A DNA stretch of 64,000 nt from Anaerolineaceae bacterium (GTDB taxonomy: Bacteria > Chloroflexota > Anaerolineae > Anaerolineales > Anaerolineaceae). This document shows, piece by piece, positions 1-8,374 of this stretch. The stretch's first letter is position 1. Each line of letters starts with the position of its first letter. The notes beneath the pieces are model-generated. The model was not told the DNA's origin, did not search any database, and was given only the letters and a program-made list of their open reading frames with translations. The stretch covers positions 957-64,956 of the forward strand of contig JBAQMM010000252.1 in the NCBI GenBank assembly GCA_049302815.1. The letters run 5' to 3'. The translations under genes were made by a program, and so were the position numbers.

Positions 1-366
1 GCGTTTTTCAAATTCCTTACGCCCCAGGTCAGTTTTCTTGAGTCCTTCTAATGCCAGTTGTTTTTCCACCTGCAATTGGGTGGCGATGCCGGCATGGTCT
101 GTCCCGGGAATCCACAGGGTGGGTTCGCCTTTCATGCGGTGATAGCGGATCATCAGATCTTCAGTGGAAACAAACAAAGGATGCCCCAAATGGAGTGCAC
201 CGGTCACATTTGGGGGCGGGATGACAATGACAAAGGGCTTGATTGAGGGGTCAAACCCAGGTTTGTTCGGATCATTGCTCGGTTTAAAATAGCCGTGCTC
301 CTCCCAGGATTGATAGATTTTTTGTTCATATTCCTTGAAATCATAAGCCTTCGGCAGTTCTGTCAT
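1..366 (-). CDS. valS: Valyl-tRNA synthetase, N-terminal part (gene runs off the left edge)
   Basis: Reverse translation from ATG at 366-364 gives MTELPKAYDFKEYEQKIYQSWEE...VIPPPNVTGALHLGH...GTDHAGIATQ. These are the class I HIGH region and the ValRS-specific PPPNVTG and GTDHAGIATQ blocks. The frame stays open to position 1. Confidence 0.9.
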   Translation of the reverse strand, partial: MTELPKAYDFKEYEQKIYQSWEEHGYFKPSNDPNKPGFDPSIKPFVIVIPPPNVTGALHLGHPLFVSTEDLMIRYHRMKGEPTLWIPGTDHAGIATQLQVEKQLALEGLKKTDLGRKEFEKR

Positions 367-384
367 CTCACACCATCCTCAGTA

Positions 385-545
385 ATTAAAATAAAAACTT
401 TCGCGCTTTGAGGGCGAAAGTTCGTTTCCGCGGTACCACCTCAATTCACTGACCTTGGTCAATGCACTTGGGTTGAGCTATACCGGGCTCTCCCGGACTG
501 GTCTAATCCCCCGTGTGGGGTTTCTTCAGTCCAAATTGTGGTGAC
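385..545 (-). promoter_or_regulatory. T-box leader (tRNA-sensing riboswitch) with intrinsic terminator, upstream of valS
   Basis: The minus-strand reading contains UUGAGG-UGGUACC-GCG...CGC-CCUCAA. This is the classic antiterminator with the 7-nt UGGN bulge, and the T-box core GGUGGUACCGCG is the reverse complement of 429-441. It overlaps a competing terminator hairpin ACUUUCGC/GCGAAAGU (397-421) followed by a U-run (388-396). The 5' boundary is approximate. Confidence 0.8.
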
Positions 546-657
546 TTCAATCCGAGAGTTTGCCGGGGATTATCTCAGCTATCCAATCCGTCTCTGTCAG
601 CTATGTCGGATTTACTCCTCCACAAGATTTATTTTATCATACCTGCAACCAAACAGG

Positions 658-1728
658 TTATTTGTCCATACTAATGACCTGGTGTTCCCAACGATGCCAG
701 CCATTAAATTTCTCATCAATGATGCGTTTTCCCTCACCCGGCTTATCCAGTCCGAGCAATTCCAGGTCAGCATCCACCATGATGCGGACGAGCTCATGGA
801 AGCGCACCTTGGGTTCCCAGCCTAATTTTTGTCTCGCCTTGGAAGGGTCACACAAAAGAAAGTCCACTTCGGTCGGGCGGTAATAACGCGGGTCGATTTC
901 GACATATTTATGCCAATCCATGTCCACGTATCCGAAGGCTTCATCCAGAAAATCCCGCACAGAATGGGCTTCACCGGTACCGATCACAAAGTCATCCGGT
1001 TCCTCCTGCTGCAGGAGCAGATGCATGGCTTCCAGAAATTCAGGGGCATATCCCCAGTCCCGTTTTGCGTCCAGGTTGCCCAGGTAAAGTTTGTGTTGCA
1101 GCCCGGCTCGAATTGAGGCTAATGCCCGTGTAATCTTGCGGGTGACGAAAGTCTCTCCGCGCCGGGGGGACTCATGATTGAACAGGATGCCATTGACGGT
1201 ATACATGCCGTAACCTTCCCGGTAGTTGTGCGTCATCCAGTAGGAGTATAGCTTGGCAGCAGCGTAAGGGCTGCGCGGCTGGAAGGGGGTGTTCTCATTT
1301 TGGGGCGGCTTGGCATCGCCGAAAAGCTCGCTGGAAGAAGCCTGATAAAAGCGGGATTTTGAACCACTCTTGCGAATGGCTTCCAGGATGCGCGTGGTGC
1401 CCAGACCGGTAATATCACCGGTATATTCAGGCATGTCAAAGCTCACCCGGACATGGCTTTGGGCAGCCAGATGATAGATTTCGTCCGGCTTGGTGGTATA
1501 GATCACGTCCAGCAGCGTGTCAGTCGCGCCCATGTCGCCATAGTGTAGGTAAAGTTTTACCTGCTCGCCATTGCCATGGGGGTCCCTGTAAAGATGGTCA
1601 ATCCGCCGGGTGTTGAATGTGCTCGACCTTCGGATCAGCCCGTGTACTTCATAGCCTTCACTCAACAACAGTTCCGCCAAGTAAGAGCCATCCTGTCCTG
1701 TAATTCCTGTAATTAATGCAGTTTTCAT
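658..1728 (-). CDS. gmd: GDP-mannose 4,6-dehydratase
   Basis: 356 aa. It has the N-terminal Rossmann motif [17 protein letters not shown] and full-length SDR-extended GMD-like sequence (YAAAKLY catalytic YxxxK). Confidence 0.94.
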   Translation of the reverse strand: MKTALITGITGQDGSYLAELLLSEGYEVHGLIRRSSTFNTRRIDHLYRDPHGNGEQVKLYLHYGDMGATDTLLDVIYTTKPDEIYHLAAQSHVRVSFDMPEYTGDITGLGTTRILEAIRKSGSKSRFYQASSSELFGDAKPPQNENTPFQPRSPYAAAKLYSYWMTHNYREGYGMYTVNGILFNHESPRRGETFVTRKITRALASIRAGLQHKLYLGNLDAKRDWGYAPEFLEAMHLLLQQEEPDDFVIGTGEAHSVRDFLDEAFGYVDMDWHKYVEIDPRYYRPTEVDFLLCDPSKARQKLGWEPKVRFHELVRIMVDADLELLGLDKPGEGKRIIDEKFNGWHRWEHQVISMDK

Positions 1729-1759
1729 TCAATACCTCTTATTCACCTCTCGGAAGGGT

Positions 1760-1787
1760 AGTATACCATTCCACTTAAGGCTGTCAA
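1760..1787 (-). promoter_or_regulatory. Candidate sigma70-type promoter for gmd
   Basis: The minus strand reads TTGACA (1787-1782), a 16 nt spacer, then TATACT (1765-1760). This lies about 30 nt upstream of the gmd ATG, with GAGGTG/AAGAGG Shine-Dalgarno-like sequence between them. Confidence 0.45.
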
Positions 1788-1935
1788 TCAGCCCAAAAGC
1801 CTGCCCTGGTAGGTTGTCTCCATTTTCGACCCTTCCAATTGACGACGCCCGGACAACCAGAATTGAAGAACCCTAATTCTGTGTTCCTACGCACTCAGAA
1901 AAAGGTCAGCCCGATCAAATTCTGTTCAGCATCGA

Positions 1936-2964
1936 TTACCATAAACGGAATTCGCTGCCGTTTTCGGAAAAGACCTTTTTATCCAATACATGCGTGGTCG
2001 GAACAAAGTTCATGTAATTGTTGGAGACCACCAGGCTGTGGGTTTTGGCGCCCCCCGGGAAGAAGCTGACCCCTTCCAACACCGCCTTGGTGGTGGTGAG
2101 GATGGGGGTCACAGCTGTTGCGCTGAAAATGATCTGCGTACCAGGAGCCAGACTTTCTGGGGTGTAAACCTCATCCAGATGTATGCCCATCTTTATCAGC
2201 CGCTCCCGGTCTGCCTCATTCTTGGGTTTAAAGACCGCCTGCATTCCCCCGCCCAACAACTTGATGGCGGCAGAGGAGATCACACCCTCCGGTGCTGCGC
2301 CGATACCCATCACGACATGAACGCCGGCTCCCTTAAAACAGGTGAAGATACATGGCATCAAGTCCCCATCCGTGATCAGGTTCACCCTGGCACCAGTGGA
2401 GCGTACCCTCCTGATCAGTTCTTCATTGCGTGGGCGGTCAAGGACGGTCACGGTCAGTTGAGAGATGTCTTTCCGTTTCAATGCATTAGCGATCCGATAG
2501 ATATTCTCTTCTGGGGAGAGTCGAATATCAATCACCGGTGCTGCTTCCTTGCCGACGCACAATTTATCCATATAGGTATCGGAAGCCTGGATCAATCCGC
2601 CGGAAGTGGAGGCTGCCAAAACACACACAGCGCCAGGTTTTAAGTCAGCGGTCGCGTTGGTGTTTTCCAGAGGATCCACAGCAATATCAATGCTTATCTC
2701 CCCGTGCCCAAGCTTCTCACCGATGAAAAGCATGGGGGCATCGTCCCGCTCACCTTCACCAATTTTGATGTTGGTCGAAAAGCCTTTGATATTGTTTAAT
2801 GTGGTTCGCATGGCATCCACCGCAGCCTGGTCTGCCAGTTCCTTATTCCCCTGACCGGCTGCCCTGGCAGCGGCAATGGCTGCGTTCTCAGTGACCTCCA
2901 GCAACTGCCATGAAAGGTGGTTGAAAGCCTTATGCATTCTCTCGTCTGTTTCTTCAAGCGCCAT
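1936..2964 (-). CDS. glpX: Class II fructose-1,6-bisphosphatase (GlpX type)
   Basis: 342 aa. It is collinear with GlpX: VTENAAIAAA..., IGEGERDDAPMLFIGEKLG, DIAVDPLENT, GIGAAPEGV. Confidence 0.92.
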   Translation of the reverse strand: MALEETDERMHKAFNHLSWQLLEVTENAAIAAARAAGQGNKELADQAAVDAMRTTLNNIKGFSTNIKIGEGERDDAPMLFIGEKLGHGEISIDIAVDPLENTNATADLKPGAVCVLAASTSGGLIQASDTYMDKLCVGKEAAPVIDIRLSPEENIYRIANALKRKDISQLTVTVLDRPRNEELIRRVRSTGARVNLITDGDLMPCIFTCFKGAGVHVVMGIGAAPEGVISSAAIKLLGGGMQAVFKPKNEADRERLIKMGIHLDEVYTPESLAPGTQIIFSATAVTPILTTTKAVLEGVSFFPGGAKTHSLVVSNNYMNFVPTTHVLDKKVFSENGSEFRLW

Positions 2965-3433
2965 TTTGTCTCCTTTTTAACCTAGGTCAAATTGACATGG
3001 AAATTAAACGTCTGATACAAAAACACCCGGAATTTTTCCAAGATGAATGGCAACCACTTTGGGTGGGGGTAAATTTGCAGGTTTTGAGGGACATGAAAGA
3101 TCTGCATACCTGGCACTAATACTCCTTCACGATGAAATTTTTCGTAGATCTTAAGTCCCATTGGGATGTGTCTCAGCAAAAAACAGGTCAAAACAGACCA
3201 TCCTACTGGAATAAATTATATCAGTCTATCCCTTATTTGGAGAAAAACGTAGTGCTTTACAAAACAACCGGTCAACTTACTCAGCACCATTTTCCGACTG
3301 GAAAAGGTCAAACAGGCAGGATTCTTGTTCTAAAACCAATTCTGTCAGGTATGAGTGCGTTATAATTCTTAAAGCTTTTTCAACACAGAATTCAAGCTCA
3401 GATGAATCGGTACGTTTTCGCTAAAGGAGAAAA

Positions 3434-4756
3434 ATGAAGAAATTTCAGATTCTTACTGCACTGTTGTTAGTTTCCATGTTGGTCCTCAGCTCCTGCAGTA
3501 GCACGCCGGAATCCACTCAAACGGTGATCCCTGAGAGTGAGACAACCACTTTGGTAGTTTGGGATCAGTTCTATCGGGATATCGAAAGCCAGGTGATGGA
3601 CACCCTCAATACAGAATTTGAAGCATCTCATCCCGGTGTAAAGATCGAACGCGTCGTGAAAACCCTGGACGATCTTAAAGTCACTCTGAAATTAGCCCTT
3701 TCAGAAGAGGACGGCCCGGATATAGCTCAGGTTAACCAGGGTCGAAGCGACATGGGCGCCATGGTCGAAGCCGGGCTGCTGCTCCCCCTAGATCCTTACC
3801 TTGAGAAGTACGGCTGGGGAAATATCTTCTCGACTTCCGTTGCCAGCCGAAACAGTTTCACCGCGGATGGCAAAACCTTTGGGCAGGGAAACCTCTACGG
3901 GGTCAGTCCTACCGCTGAAGTTGTCGGGGTCTTCTACAATAAAGGCATTTTCAAGCAAAATGGCTGGGAAGTTCCCGCCACCTTCGAAGAATTTGAAGCT
4001 TTGCTGGCAGAGATTAAAGATGCAGGTGTTACGCCCATTTCTTTCGGCAGCTTGGACGGTTGGAATGCCATTCATGAGTTTAGCGCCATTCAGCACCTTC
4101 TGGTTAGCTCTGATTACATCAACAACCTCACTTACGGCGTCAACAATGTATCCTTTGACACACCGGAAAATCTGAAGGCTGCGGAAATTCTTCAGAACTG
4201 GGCCAAATCAGGTTACTTTAGCGAAGGTTATGCCGGCATTGGTTACGATGACAGCAACTTGTTGTTCAAATCGGGCAACGGCGCCATGACCATCACCGGT
4301 TCCTGGCAGGCTGGCGAACTGGTCAACGATACCGATCAGGAATTTGGTTTCTTCCTGCTTCCGCCCTATGAGGGCAAGACTTCCATGGCTATTGGCGGTG
4401 TGGGCATCCCGTTCGCCATTCGAAAGACCACCGCTAAAGCTGATCTGGCGGCCGAGTACCTGAATTGGATGATCAGCCCCCGCGCAGCCACGCTCTGGGC
4501 TCAAGCCGGCATGCTGCCAGCTATGTCCCTGCCGGAGGATGCCGAAATTGAAACTGATAATCTCTTTGGCGATACGCTGAAAGCCTGGGACACCATCAAT
4601 AAGGGCAATGCTGTTGGTCACTATATTGACTGGGCTACCCCAACCTTTTACGATACCCTCGTCGCAGAATTGCAGAAACTGCTGGGAAGCATCAGCACTC
4701 CTGCGGATTTCACCGCGGCAGTCCAGCTGGATTACGCGGCTTTTCTAAGTAAATAG
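3434..4756 (+). CDS. Sugar ABC transporter substrate-binding lipoprotein (solute-binding family 1)
   Basis: 440 aa. It has a signal peptide with lipobox LVLSSC and a GGAG Shine-Dalgarno sequence upstream. It is followed by two MalF/MalG-type permease genes. Confidence 0.85.
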   Translation: MKKFQILTALLLVSMLVLSSCSSTPESTQTVIPESETTTLVVWDQFYRDIESQVMDTLNTEFEASHPGVKIERVVKTLDDLKVTLKLALSEEDGPDIAQVNQGRSDMGAMVEAGLLLPLDPYLEKYGWGNIFSTSVASRNSFTADGKTFGQGNLYGVSPTAEVVGVFYNKGIFKQNGWEVPATFEEFEALLAEIKDAGVTPISFGSLDGWNAIHEFSAIQHLLVSSDYINNLTYGVNNVSFDTPENLKAAEILQNWAKSGYFSEGYAGIGYDDSNLLFKSGNGAMTITGSWQAGELVNDTDQEFGFFLLPPYEGKTSMAIGGVGIPFAIRKTTAKADLAAEYLNWMISPRAATLWAQAGMLPAMSLPEDAEIETDNLFGDTLKAWDTINKGNAVGHYIDWATPTFYDTLVAELQKLLGSISTPADFTAAVQLDYAAFLSK

Positions 4757-4770
4757 CCTCAAAGGACACT

Positions 4771-4806
4771 AACCGACGCTCCCCTGGGGGGCGTCGGTTG
4801 TTTTTT
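4771..4806 (+). terminator. Intrinsic terminator/attenuator hairpin between the binding-protein and permease genes
   Basis: AACCGACGC (4771-4779) pairs perfectly with GCGTCGGTT (4791-4799), and the hairpin is followed by TTTTTT. Confidence 0.7.
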
Positions 4807-4817
4807 GATCGATCACC

Positions 4818-5720
4818 ATGCATCAAAATAACGCATACCCGGGAGAGTCACGTTGGAAGGGTTGGCTGTACCTGCTGCCCGGTCTGCTGATTTACTTGGT
4901 CTTTACCTTCTACCCCATCCTCGATACGGTCCGCACCAGTTTTTTCCAGTGGGATGGCTTTAGCAATCAGCGTATTTTTATTGGCTTCGAAAATTACAAA
5001 ACCCTCTTCTCCGATCAGCAATTCACCAATGCTTTTTTGCACAACCTGGTATTCATCATTTTCTATTGCATCATTCCGATATTCATCGGTCTGCTATTAG
5101 CCTCGCTTCTCAGCCGCAACAAACTCCCGGGATTTACGTTTTTCAGAACAGTCTTGTTTTTACCCCAAGTGTTGAGCATGGTAGTGGTGGGCGTGATCTG
5201 GCGCTGGATCTTCAATCCCACTTTCGGTCCATTAAATGTGACCCTCAGCGCCCTGGGATTGAGTCACCTGACCAGAGCCTGGTTGGGAGATTTTTCCCTG
5301 GCGTTGCCAGCGGTAGGCTCCATTGGAACTTGGGTTGAATACGGCTTTTGCATGATCCTTTTCCTGGCTGGCATGCAGCATATCCCTGAAGAATATTATG
5401 AAGCCTCCAGCCTGGATGGCGCCAACGCCTTTCAGCAGCTCATTCATATCACCATTCCAGGGCTTCGATCGGAAATAGGTGTGGCGTTGGTCACCACGAT
5501 TATAGCTGCGCTGCGTGTGTTCGATCTGGTTTATGTCACCACCCGCGGGGGACCCGGAAACGCTACCCTGGTCACCGGTTTTCTGATTTACCGCTCAGCC
5601 TTTCTGCAGAACAAAATTGGCTACGCTGCCACCATCGCAACCGTTCTGATGCTGGTTATCCTGACCATTTCGCTACTCATCCGCAAGTATCAAGGTAAAA
5701 ATGAGGAAGACGGGGCATGA
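4818..5720 (+). CDS. Sugar ABC transporter permease (MalF/UgpA-like)
   Basis: 300 aa with multiple TM segments and an EAA-loop-like EASSLDGANAFQQLIHITIPGL. Confidence 0.88.
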   Translation: MHQNNAYPGESRWKGWLYLLPGLLIYLVFTFYPILDTVRTSFFQWDGFSNQRIFIGFENYKTLFSDQQFTNAFLHNLVFIIFYCIIPIFIGLLLASLLSRNKLPGFTFFRTVLFLPQVLSMVVVGVIWRWIFNPTFGPLNVTLSALGLSHLTRAWLGDFSLALPAVGSIGTWVEYGFCMILFLAGMQHIPEEYYEASSLDGANAFQQLIHITIPGLRSEIGVALVTTIIAALRVFDLVYVTTRGGPGNATLVTGFLIYRSAFLQNKIGYAATIATVLMLVILTISLLIRKYQGKNEEDGA

Positions 5721-6544
5721 AATACCACTGGAAATCCTTGCTTCCCCGTTACCTGGTATTGACTGTTTTCATGTTGCTGGTGCTCGTCCCAATCTCAGGG
5801 ATCATATTAAGTGCTTTCAAAACCGATACCCAGGTGATTCAGGGACCTTTCAGCCTGCCTACGACTTGGAACATCGAAAACTTTGTGCGAGCCTGGTCGG
5901 TCGGCCGTTTTAACATCTTCTTTAAAAACAGCGTCATCGTCACCACCGCAGTGGTGGCAGCCAGTGTTTTTCTATCCATCCTGACCGGTTACGCCTTTGG
6001 ATTACTGCCGATGCCCGGTAAAAAGTTCCTGTTCCCTTTGATGCTCCTGGGATATATGGTTCCATTTGAAGCTGTGATCATTCCCCTCTACAACTTCATG
6101 GACCTGCTGCATCTGCGGGATACCTACTGGGCTTTGATCCTCCCCCAAGTGGGCTTAAGTGTTTCCTTTGGCACACTCTGGATGACTTCTTTCTTTGAAA
6201 ACGTCCCCAGGGAATTGGTGGACGCCGCCACCATGGACGGCTGTACCCGCTGGCAGACCCTCTGGAGAGTCTTGTGGCCACTTTCCAAACCTGCCACGAC
6301 CACCCTGATCGTGTTGATCTTCATGTGGACCTGGAATGAATTCCTGCTCGCGCTAGTCATGGTGCAGGATGAAGCCATGCGCACCTTGCCGGTGGGGCTG
6401 GCATTTTTCCAGGGGAAATATTCAGCCAATATTCCCCTCCTGGCAGCCGGGGCTCTGATAGTCGCCATCCCAACCGTGATTGTCTATATCATCTTCCAAC
6501 GGTTTTTCATCAGGGGCATGCTGGGTGGCGCCGTAAAGGGATAG
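5717..6544 (+). CDS. Sugar ABC transporter permease (MalG/UgpE-like)
   Basis: 275 aa with EAA-loop DAATMDGCTRWQTLWRVLWPL. It overlaps the previous permease gene by 4 nt (ATGA). Confidence 0.88.
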   Translation: MKYHWKSLLPRYLVLTVFMLLVLVPISGIILSAFKTDTQVIQGPFSLPTTWNIENFVRAWSVGRFNIFFKNSVIVTTAVVAASVFLSILTGYAFGLLPMPGKKFLFPLMLLGYMVPFEAVIIPLYNFMDLLHLRDTYWALILPQVGLSVSFGTLWMTSFFENVPRELVDAATMDGCTRWQTLWRVLWPLSKPATTTLIVLIFMWTWNEFLLALVMVQDEAMRTLPVGLAFFQGKYSANIPLLAAGALIVAIPTVIVYIIFQRFFIRGMLGGAVKG

Positions 6545-6894
6545 AACAGTGGTATCTTGTCCACATGTAACGAGAGAGTTCTCCCATCGCCCCTTTGACA
6601 CAACAGTAGAATCACATGACGGGCTCAATCAATGCAATTGGAGAATATACCCAAGCTTGCTGCCCAAACGCCTTATTATGTGCTTCTTTCATGTTATATT
6701 GCGGGTAAAATGTCTTCCTGAAACAAAATTTTGGGTAATCTTCCGAAAGGACTATTTCAAGCTTACTTGAGCCGTCGAAAGTGCGCCTTCAATAAACACA
6801 ACCAGTGCCACAATAATTCCCAATATCCAGGAATTCGTAAATGTTGCCAGACTCATTACAAACAAATACCAGAATTCTGCGGGATCTGAACGGC

Positions 6895-7468
6895 TTAAGC
6901 GTTCCGCTCCAATCTGGTAAACCACAACCCCGTGACCAACATTCCCACCAACGAGATCCCATAAATCAGCATGGCAGCAGCGCTGCTGGGTAAGTCCCCG
7001 ACACTGAGATTTACCCCCCGGCAGGTTTTGGTCAGCAACGGAATAAAAGCGACTTCCTCACCCAGGTAAACTCGCACCAGGATATATTTCCCAGTGATCA
7101 AATTGTTTGCGTTAATGTCCCGGCTGAAAGTAAAACTCTCACCAGGCTCCAACTCCATCGTCTTTTCCCTCTTGACAAACCCATATGACTTCTCAGGATA
7201 TTATGGTCCGTAAAATCCGTACGGCTGTTTCATCAGAGGTATTGGAAGCTTTGGCGGTAACGATTTTGGTTTCACCTGAGCTAATGAAAACCGGGCAGGG
7301 CATTAAGGTCAATTTAGCCTCTATATTTTCAGAACGCCCCATGCTTCCAACATTTGGGGACCCCAGAATGCCATGATCTCATGGGAGGAATAGAGACAAA
7401 AGGTATTACTGACCAATAAGATGACGGCCAGTAGGATAAACAGGGAAGGTAAGATGATTTTTAACGAT
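6895..7468 (-). pseudogene. Possible frameshifted gene for a bitopic membrane/surface protein (only 6895-7158 is an intact ORF)
   Basis: Three consecutive minus-strand reading-frame pieces read like one protein. The first is a TM-like KIILPSLFILLAVILLV. The second is GETKIVTAKASNTSDETAVRILRTIIS. The third is EKSYGFVKREKTMELEPGESFTFSRDIN...GKYILVRVYL... with a C-terminal TM. Stops and frame changes separate the pieces. Confidence 0.3.
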
Positions 7469-7580
7469 TGGGCTTTGTTTCAAGGAAAAACCTCTACCTT
7501 AGAATTATGCATAGGATCATAGCGCTTGGAGCTGTTAAGTTCTTGTGTAATTTTTTGCCCGGGCTTATGTGCTGTTTACC

Positions 7581-7760
7581 CCAGCAATTCCCAATATGAA
7601 TTTGTCAAAATCCATCCAAAGTAATTTTCGTAAATCAAGTGACACACCCTATATGTTTTGATTCTCACAGGGTGTGCACTGGTTTGTGCACACCAGAAAG
7701 GCATGTTGAGGCAATGCTTGCCAGAATCACCAAAGAGCTTCTCCATATTGAGAATTGCGG
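7581..7760 (+). mobile_element. MITE-like non-autonomous element, copy 1 (180 bp)
   Basis: Perfect 8 bp direct repeats TGTTTACC lie at 7573-7580 and 7761-7768. The terminal inverted repeats are ccaGCAATTCcCAATATGa (left) and the reverse complement of the right end, ccGCAATTCTCAATATGGa. There is no ORF. The element shares a 60 nt left module (57/60) and a roughly 46 nt right module with the copy at 38421-38614. Confidence 0.7.
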
Positions 7761-7821
7761 TGTTTACCTGGACCGACCTGATTTGATGCTAAAATTGGAT
7801 CATCAATTTATGGAGGTTCTT

Positions 7822-8334
7822 ATGCCACAACAGCAATGGAAAACCGAACCAGCCTTGCAGCTGGACCCAGCCAAAAAGTACACCGCCATGTTTAAGACGG
7901 ATAAAGGTGATATCGGCGTCGGGCTTTACGCGGACAGGGTTCCCCACACCGTGAATAATTTTGTCTTCCTCGCGCGTCAGGGCTATTACGACAACACCAT
8001 CTTTCACCGGGTCATCAAAGACTTCATGGCTCAGGCCGGAGACCCAACCGGAACCGGTCGAGGAGGTCCTGGTTACCAGTTCAGAGATGAGTTTGACCCA
8101 AAACTTAAACACGACAAGGCAGGTGTGCTCTCCATGGCAAATGCCGGTCCGAATACCAACGGCTCCCAGTTTTTCATCACGCATGTGCCAACCCCCTGGT
8201 TGGATGGGAAGCACGCCATTTTTGGTCAGGTCATTTCCGGGTTGGATGTGCTGCTGTCCTTTCCTCCCCGTGACCCAATGCTGATCAATTCTCCGGCAGC
8301 AAAACTTCTGACAGTTGTCATCAATGAAGAATAA
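7822..8334 (+). CDS. ppiB: Cyclophilin-type peptidyl-prolyl cis-trans isomerase
   Basis: It has [32 protein letters not shown] and [12 protein letters not shown] 7822 is preceded by GGAGG at 7812-7816. The tracked GTG start at 7639 reads through the MITE and is unlikely. Confidence 0.9.
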   Translation: MPQQQWKTEPALQLDPAKKYTAMFKTDKGDIGVGLYADRVPHTVNNFVFLARQGYYDNTIFHRVIKDFMAQAGDPTGTGRGGPGYQFRDEFDPKLKHDKAGVLSMANAGPNTNGSQFFITHVPTPWLDGKHAIFGQVISGLDVLLSFPPRDPMLINSPAAKLLTVVINEE

Positions 8335-8374
8335 TTGTCAAATTCCCAATCAAAACCATAAGGAGGCAACAATC

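Noticed and set aside
560-640. Attempted sigma70 promoter assignment for the valS T-box leader (CTGACA ... GATAAT on the minus strand).
   Set aside because: The spacer would be 20 nt, and the alternative hexamers are poor. The promoter is left unassigned.
3132-3365. 77-codon plus-strand ORF and the overlapping 69-codon minus-strand ORF (2982-3191) in the glpX/ABC intergenic region.
   Set aside because: They lie in an AT-rich promoter region, have no ribosome-binding site, and translate to low-information sequence.
6752-6856. 34-codon hydrophobic small ORF (MSLATFTNSWILGIIVALVVFIEGALSTAQVSLK) on the minus strand.
   Set aside because: It is too short, has no clear Shine-Dalgarno and lies in a decaying region. 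It is mentioned under the pseudogene finding but not called as a gene.
7639-7821. N-terminal 61-codon extension of the cyclophilin ORF (GTG 7639).
   Set aside because: It is composed of the MITE-like repeat sequence. A GGAGG-ATG start at 7822 gives a normal-length cyclophilin.
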